Part shown: one piece after another, positions 14,942 to 19,904 of the stretch
Layout of the letters: each line of letters opens with the position of its first letter
How positions within the stretch are numbered: position 1 is the stretch's first letter
IMG/VR virus record: IMGVR_UViG_3300006147_000008
Span: 1 to 19,904 of that record
DNA from: a virus
Lineage: Duplodnaviria > Heunggongvirae > Uroviricota > Caudoviricetes
Reading direction: 5' to 3' (one strand)
Length of the DNA stretch: 19,904 nucleotides
The notes under the pieces: model-generated
Told to the model about the DNA's origin: nothing
The model's input: the letters and a program-made list of their open reading frames with translations, nothing else
Database searches by the model: none
Position numbers and translations under genes: made by a program

Positions 14942-15160
14942 TCAATTCGGTTTGGCAAATGGGTTGTTGGATGGCGAACTCACGTAGTTCTCTAAGAACT
15001 TGATCATTTCGTCTTCCTCTGGGAAAAACGGGTCACGGCCACCAGCCTGCATTGCTGTCAAGGCGTTCACCATGAGCTGACCGAACCTCCAGTCGGGCAC
15101 TTGCTTCCAAACGGCTCTCAGCCGATTACAGAAGTCATCAATTCTTTTGGCATCTCTCAT
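14942..15160 (-). CDS. Hypothetical phage protein (72 aa, RD..RI...W..VPDWRFGQL)
   Basis: RBS GGAGG; tightly packed. Confidence 0.7.
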   Translation of the reverse strand: MRDAKRIDDFCNRLRAVWKQVPDWRFGQLMVNALTAMQAGGRDPFFPEEDEMIKFLENYVSSPSNNPFAKPN

Positions 15161-15166
15161 GCTATT

Positions 15167-15523
15167 TCAGACCTCCTTAATCTTGTACCCGGCCTCCATA
15201 AACCAATTCCTGACCAAGTGGCGGTGGCAGAAATCCTCTGGCTTCTCATAGCAGACCAAGGCGATTTCGGTGGTGCCGGCCAATTTGACCAACTCGTCGT
15301 AGATCTGCTGTGCGTCCAGGCCAGCTAAAACTTGCTCGTTAAAACACTGGACGTAGTAGTGGTTGTCACGGGTCTTTTTCCACTCGGAGAAGAAGCCCCA
15401 CTTGGGAGCCAGCTTTTTGTACTGCAGGCCGGTGTACCAGTCGGGGGATTTGCCACAGATGGCTATGGGCACAACGTTCTCAGGAAGCGATCTGAGTTTC
15501 GCAAAGTATGTGGTGTAGAGCAT
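15167..15523 (-). CDS. DUF488-like protein
   Basis: LVCYEKPEDFCHRH motif; LAPKW; RBS AAGGAG. Confidence 0.7.
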   Translation of the reverse strand: MLYTTYFAKLRSLPENVVPIAICGKSPDWYTGLQYKKLAPKWGFFSEWKKTRDNHYYVQCFNEQVLAGLDAQQIYDELVKLAGTTEIALVCYEKPEDFCHRHLVRNWFMEAGYKIKEV

Positions 15524-15538
15524 GATTCGGCTCTCCTT

Positions 15539-15969
15539 CTATTGAAAAATTACAACCATACTGGGAAAGGGCGCAGAGTTCTTTCCGTCTCCGAATTTCA
15601 GCCGGCCACGGAGAAACCGGACTTCCACGTTGGGCTTCTGGTAGATGTAGTCGTGGAAATAGGCGGTATCTGTGCGGGCAGGGATTAGCAGCACCACAGT
15701 CGTATCAGGCTGCTTGGCCTCTTCGGAGCATTTCTTCACCCAGTCTTTGATACCCCGACCATATGGTGGGTTGCAAAAGACTGTCTGCCCCCCCCCCACG
15801 GTTGTTTCAGTCCGTCGTCCGCCTCGGTAAAGTAGCAGGCGCATTTGTGATTGGACTCATTAGCGCAGGGGTCGAGGGTGAAGTGAAACTCCGAGTTCAG
15901 CTCGTCGAAGAATGCTTGCGGCGTCGCCCAGTCCATAGCTTTAGACGAGAACATGACTTCGGTATTCAT
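15539..15969 (-). pseudogene. Phage N6-adenine DNA methyltransferase (PF05869-like), out of frame at a G10 tract (15788-15797)
   Basis: 5' part MNTEVMFSS...DWATPQ..FD.L..EFHFTLDPCA...DGLKQPWGG and 3' part QTVFCNPPYG...VVLLIPARTDTAYFH...SAPFPSM lie in different frames; G8 or G11 restores the frame. Confidence 0.85.
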
Positions 15970-15990
15970 TTGTTTCACCTCGTTGTTGAT

Positions 15991-16803
15991 TTACTTGAAA
16001 ATGGTTTGATCTGTGACTTGCTTGTTGTCAGTGATTTTGACTTCCATGCTGTCTGTAACCTTGATCCGAACTTCAGCCTCTTTTGCCCCAAACGGAAGGA
16101 ATGCTGAGTGGTAATGGTCACAGACTAACTCGTCACCATCAAAACGGAACACCCCGCAGTGATCTTTGTATTCCAGCTCTCGGTTACAGGTGGCAAGTTT
16201 GGCAAAGCGCCCCACCCAGTCTGGGGGCTTGACCTCGTAGTCGGGATATGCCTCTACAAAGGTCTGATACTGTTCAGGAAATAGTTGCGCGAGTTGGTGC
16301 AAAAACATAGGGATGGTTTTCTTCTGATAGTCAGTTATCTCCCCACCCATCATGGCATGGGGATGATAGGTGCAAATCTTACAGATGTTTTCTGGAATAA
16401 GTTTGTCGGCTGAAACATAAAGACGATTGCATCCAAAACCTGGATCACTACAATAGAACCTTCCATTTTGCTCTTCGACACACACATGGGGTATTGCAAG
16501 CAGTGCGCCATCCCCAATGCGTATAATATAGGTGTTGTATGGGTAGGAGAGTTTTCCGTATTGCTCCTTAGCCTTGGTTTCCCTGTAGAGTTTTGCATAC
16601 ATCTTCGACCGTTTTGTACCGCCGTCGATATAGTTGATACGCCCATACTCACAGCGAATACCAAACAAGGTTGTCACTCGGAAACACTGTCCCTCTTTAT
16701 AAGCGGAACATTCTTTTGCGTGATCGCAATAGATGTACTCTGCACGCAATCTTGCCTGCCTACTGCCATCGCCATAGAGCATTACGCTGATTGCCTCATC
16801 CAT
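15991..16803 (-). CDS. Hypothetical phage protein (270 aa)
   Basis: Long ORF; ATG 16803 after AGGAGGTG. Confidence 0.75.
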   Translation of the reverse strand: MDEAISVMLYGDGSRQARLRAEYIYCDHAKECSAYKEGQCFRVTTLFGIRCEYGRINYIDGGTKRSKMYAKLYRETKAKEQYGKLSYPYNTYIIRIGDGALLAIPHVCVEEQNGRFYCSDPGFGCNRLYVSADKLIPENICKICTYHPHAMMGGEITDYQKKTIPMFLHQLAQLFPEQYQTFVEAYPDYEVKPPDWVGRFAKLATCNRELEYKDHCGVFRFDGDELVCDHYHSAFLPFGAKEAEVRIKVTDSMEVKITDNKQVTDQTIFK

Positions 16804-16811
16804 GTGTTTGT

Positions 16812-17138
16812 TCACCTCCTAAACGCCTGTTCATAGGTAAGGCCCGTGACGGCCAGAATACGCTCAATACTTTGGTTGCTGATACGGCCAGCACTCAGAG
16901 CTTGCCGAAGATGCCTACCCGTCCTGCGCTCCAGCTCGGCCACACGGACATGGTGTTCAGTCATCCACTGTCGCAGGCCAGGAAAGATGACAGTGGCGGG
17001 TTTGATGTAGGTGGTGCGGTTTTTGTGCCGACTGATGCTATCCTGTACGGCCTGCCGAGTAACACCATATCTTTTTGCAATCGCATCATAGGTCATCCCC
17101 TGCTCTCTGAGCGCCATATACTGTTCGCTTTTGGACAT
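16812..17138 (-). CDS. Helix-turn-helix DNA-binding protein
   Basis: N-terminal GMTYDAIAKRYGVTRQAVQ HTH; a second Cro-like helical region at the C-terminus. Confidence 0.75.
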   Translation of the reverse strand: MSKSEQYMALREQGMTYDAIAKRYGVTRQAVQDSISRHKNRTTYIKPATVIFPGLRQWMTEHHVRVAELERRTGRHLRQALSAGRISNQSIERILAVTGLTYEQAFRR

Positions 17139-17173
17139 AGACTCACCTCCCTATAAAGAGATTTTGTTGCACG

Positions 17174-17596
17174 CTATGAAAGGTTAATGGGGCAGACGTT
17201 CATCCCATGTTCTTTGAAATACTGGATGGCCTGCTCCGCCGAGAGGTGTTGCATAATCCATTCGAGAGTGACGTGCTCCATTTCCTCGAAGATTACCTTA
17301 TAGGAGAATGTGTGTACGTTCTTGGCGAAAAGTCTTGTATACTCAGATCTGTAAAATCCGCCAACCTCGATAAATGGACGGTGTAGGAACAGCGTCATGC
17401 CAGCATACACACCATCAAAGCGTGACTGCTTGTCGAGGATTTTCAGTGTCGCCTCGGCAAAGCTGCATCTGTCAAGAAGAACGAGTTCTTTCTCTACCTC
17501 CGACTCATCCTTGCAGCAGTAACCGCCACTACCATACGTCTCCCACTTCTGATGGTTGACTTGAAATAGGGAGCGGGTTTTGTAGATTTTCAGCAC
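17174..17596 (-). CDS. Hypothetical protein (140 aa)
   Basis: GTG start after GAGGAGG, adjacent to the upstream stop. Confidence 0.7.
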   Translation of the reverse strand: MLKIYKTRSLFQVNHQKWETYGSGGYCCKDESEVEKELVLLDRCSFAEATLKILDKQSRFDGVYAGMTLFLHRPFIEVGGFYRSEYTRLFAKNVHTFSYKVIFEEMEHVTLEWIMQHLSAEQAIQYFKEHGMNVCPINLS

Positions 17597-17597
17597 A

Positions 17598-17963
17598 TTA
17601 CTTCCTCCTTGTGTAGTGAATTACACGGATATCCAGCTTGTATTTCCCCGCCGTCTCAATCATGTGCTTGGTGCCACGGCTTTGCCCGTCCCAAAAGGCC
17701 ACCAGAGCATCAGCATTTCTCGCCATCTCTTCATTGCGAAGCATCCCAGCAGCACGACCTTTGCCGTCCCAGTCAGCAGGAAAATAGCGGACAGAGTAGC
17801 CACGTTCCTTGGCATATTGTTCTCCCAGACGGTCAGCACCCCTTGCCATGCCGCACACAATTACGATTTCATCGGTCACGTTGGCAAGCAATTTATCCAG
17901 CTTCTGTGCAAGGCCAGCATAGTTGTTAAAGTCGCGTCCTCCGGCAACGATCACACGGAACAT
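17598..17963 (-). CDS. SLOG-family protein (YspA/DUF2493-like)
   Basis: RVIVAGGRDF, IVCGMARGAD, ADW..GRAAG..RN..M and AFWDGQSRGT motifs; ATG 17963 after AGGAGG. Confidence 0.85.
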   Translation of the reverse strand: MFRVIVAGGRDFNNYAGLAQKLDKLLANVTDEIVIVCGMARGADRLGEQYAKERGYSVRYFPADWDGKGRAAGMLRNEEMARNADALVAFWDGQSRGTKHMIETAGKYKLDIRVIHYTRRK

Positions 17964-17983
17964 AGCGACCCCTCCTTTTTGAA

Positions 17984-18838
17984 TTACAGCAGACTTTCGA
18001 TATACTCCCGGTTCTGGGTGAAGATGGGTATATCGTCGTCGATGATCCATTTGCGCCGCTCCACAGTGACAGTCGTGGATGGATCTCGTGGGTTAGGCAT
18101 GGTACTCTTGCTGACCTGCTTGATGTAGCAGGAACCCCGTTTGTTTTCAACAGGGAAATTGTTCCAGTTGATGCCGAACTTCGACCAAAGCATTTCCTGG
18201 ATGTCGCTTTGGTTCTTCTTATTCAGCTCTTTCTGGGAGAAAAATGCTTGCCCCACAGCCTCGATGCTGTTACGGGTGGCGTCTTGCTGCCGCCAGATCA
18301 GGCAGTTGCAGACTTCTTCCTTGGGGATAGAGAATACACGTGCATCAAAGAGTGCCTTGTTGCGCTTAGACAAGTATAGCGATGCAAGCTCAATGACTGC
18401 AGGATCAACGTCATCATCTGTCCCACTCATTGTCCAGCTTGGAATTTTGCTGTACCCCCACACTTCACTGGCCTCAAAGAATGCTTCGTTAAACGCCAAG
18501 GTAGCCATAGCAGCGGCGATACTGGTCATTTTCTGGATATTGTACCCAAACCAGGCATCGGTTTTAATCGTTGCATAGTCGGTCAAGACAAGTGTAATCT
18601 CATCCGATTGAGTATAGCCAAAGACGCAGCCCTGAATATTCTCACAGAGATACTTCATGGTCTGTTGCATAGCCTGGGTAAGCACAGGATCAAAAGGCTT
18701 TGCCATCCCTTTGGTGAATGTGTGGAACGCCTTGCCGTCCAGCCGAATGATGACTGGCACACGGCGGGTCAGGTAGTTGCGGGAAATATTCTCATAGGCT
18801 TTCATGCGGTCGCCCAGAGCATCTTTTTTGTTTGCCAT
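17984..18838 (-). CDS. tRNA(His) guanylyltransferase Thg1-like protein (3'-5' polymerase)
   Basis: RMKAYE, IRLDGKAFH, GYTQSDEI, QKMTS, FDARVF and WRQQDATRNS motifs; ATG 18838 overlaps the upstream TAA. Confidence 0.92.
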   Translation of the reverse strand: MANKKDALGDRMKAYENISRNYLTRRVPVIIRLDGKAFHTFTKGMAKPFDPVLTQAMQQTMKYLCENIQGCVFGYTQSDEITLVLTDYATIKTDAWFGYNIQKMTSIAAAMATLAFNEAFFEASEVWGYSKIPSWTMSGTDDDVDPAVIELASLYLSKRNKALFDARVFSIPKEEVCNCLIWRQQDATRNSIEAVGQAFFSQKELNKKNQSDIQEMLWSKFGINWNNFPVENKRGSCYIKQVSKSTMPNPRDPSTTVTVERRKWIIDDDIPIFTQNREYIESLL

Positions 18839-19602
18839 TAGTACGTGTCCTCCTCCCATGGGATTTTGATAGCGTGTCTGCGATCCTCAGAATAAGACGT
18901 TACGCCATATCTATATTTCCAAGTCTCAAGGTACGCCTGCATCTCATTTATGGCAGCAGTTCCGATATCAGATATAGCACCGTCGTACATCTCTTCACAA
19001 GCATTTTCGATGATACTGCCGGCATCAAGTACCAACTCGATTTGCTCAGTACCCCAAACATATTCAGGCTTTTCTGGGGTGGGGATACCTTCTTTTTCGC
19101 ATTCCACAACAAAGTTATGCCATGCGTCGAAAAATTCTTGCCAGTCAGAAAAATATCCCTCGTTGCGTGAAAAGAAATCGCTGTATGCCATTGCATACTT
19201 GCTACCAAGCTCATACGATTCATGCTTCTGAGCTTTTTGAAGGGTTTCCTGGTACTGCTGCTTTTTCTTCTCACGCTGCCGTTGTTGTTCCGCTTCACAG
19301 TCACAGTACGAACGGCCTTTGGGGATTTGTTTCCCACAGTCTGGGCAAATATGCACCACGCCGTTATAACAACTGGGGCAGAACGTCAAGGACTGATGCT
19401 TGTATGGGAAGTGGCCTGCGACTTTGTTTGGGTCATCGGATAAGCCGTAGCAGTTATCGACGACCCGTAGACCAAGCCCATGGCACATAGGGCAAATTGC
19501 CTCGTCGCCATGCAGATCTTTGATGAGCTTTTCTGGAAGCATATGCCTGAATGCCTCATCTATCTGTATGGCAGCTCGTGTAGGCTTTACAAACGCTGTC
19601 AC
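18838..19602 (-). CDS. Cys-rich hypothetical protein with a DnaJ-type zinc-finger-like motif
   Basis: CPMCHGLG, CPSCYNG, CPDCG and YCDC; acidic C-terminal domain. Confidence 0.7.
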   Translation of the reverse strand: MTAFVKPTRAAIQIDEAFRHMLPEKLIKDLHGDEAICPMCHGLGLRVVDNCYGLSDDPNKVAGHFPYKHQSLTFCPSCYNGVVHICPDCGKQIPKGRSYCDCEAEQQRQREKKKQQYQETLQKAQKHESYELGSKYAMAYSDFFSRNEGYFSDWQEFFDAWHNFVVECEKEGIPTPEKPEYVWGTEQIELVLDAGSIIENACEEMYDGAISDIGTAAINEMQAYLETWKYRYGVTSYSEDRRHAIKIPWEEDTY

Positions 19603-19904
19603 GTTTGCACCTCCTTATGCTTTGTCATGACGGAAATGGCAGATAGGCGAAGCATCTTTGCCACCAAATAGGCGGAATAGCCGTCTTTGAGAACGCCATT
19701 CTCGTCCACAACCACATTCGTATTGAACTGCATGGTGTGGTAAAACTCCAGGAAACGTTTAGAGAGCAGAGCGTCACTGGGCGAGTGCCGGGCCATGTAA
19801 TCCGGGATGGTGATATCGGTCAGCTCAATATCGTGGGCGGCACTGAGGATTTTGCGGAGCGGGAGAGTTGCGCCGGAAGCCAGCATGACTTCCATCACGT
19901 CGTC
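19599..19904 (-). CDS. Hypothetical protein with a ParB-like motif; frame open to the window edge (probably 5'-truncated)
   Basis: VVVDENGVLKDGYSAYLVAK resembles the ParB N-terminal 'lvDGhhR' region; no upstream stop within the window. Confidence 0.55.
   Translation of the reverse strand, partial: DDVMEVMLASGATLPLRKILSAAHDIELTDITIPDYMARHSPSDALLSKRFLEFYHTMQFNTNVVVDENGVLKDGYSAYLVAKMLRLSAISVMTKHKEVQT

Larger units (their letters stand above)
1..19904. mobile_element. Segment of a temperate phage genome (late/lysis module, integration module, early genes)
   Basis: Tail-associated genes, lysins and holins on +; serine integrase and densely packed small early ORFs on -; no host housekeeping genes seen. 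Confidence 0.93.

Noticed and set aside
1-19904. tRNA genes as substrates for the Thg1-like enzyme
   Set aside because: No T-loop (GTTCRA) cloverleaf context was found by eye; tRNAscan-SE would settle it.

Overview
The whole window reads as part of a large temperate phage, probably of a Clostridia-type Firmicute (inferred from strong AGGAGG Shine-Dalgarno sites, sigmaA-type promoters and SLH-like lysin domains). The + strand (1-9.5 kb) carries the end of the late region: a DGR-type reverse transcriptase, tail-associated genes, a stand-alone acidic ORF with its own promoter and terminator, a tyrosine recombinase, two lysins sharing a C-terminal domain, holin-like genes, and a complete type III toxin-antitoxin (ToxIN/AbiQ) cassette flanked by a duplicated terminator. 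The - strand (9.6-19.9 kb) carries a large serine recombinase, a palindromic candidate attP overlapping the recombinase promoter, a candidate recombination directionality factor, and many early genes. These include a HAD_SAK_2-type phosphatase, an HNH-AP2 endonuclease, a DUF488-like protein, a phage adenine methyltransferase split at a G10 tract, a SLOG protein and a Thg1-like 3'-5' polymerase. Most notable are the non-identical ToxI repeats with compensatory pseudoknot changes, the SPbeta-like RDF-attP-integrase layout with a second inverted copy of one att arm, and two G-tract frameshifts. All family assignments come from motif recognition by eye; no database search was run.
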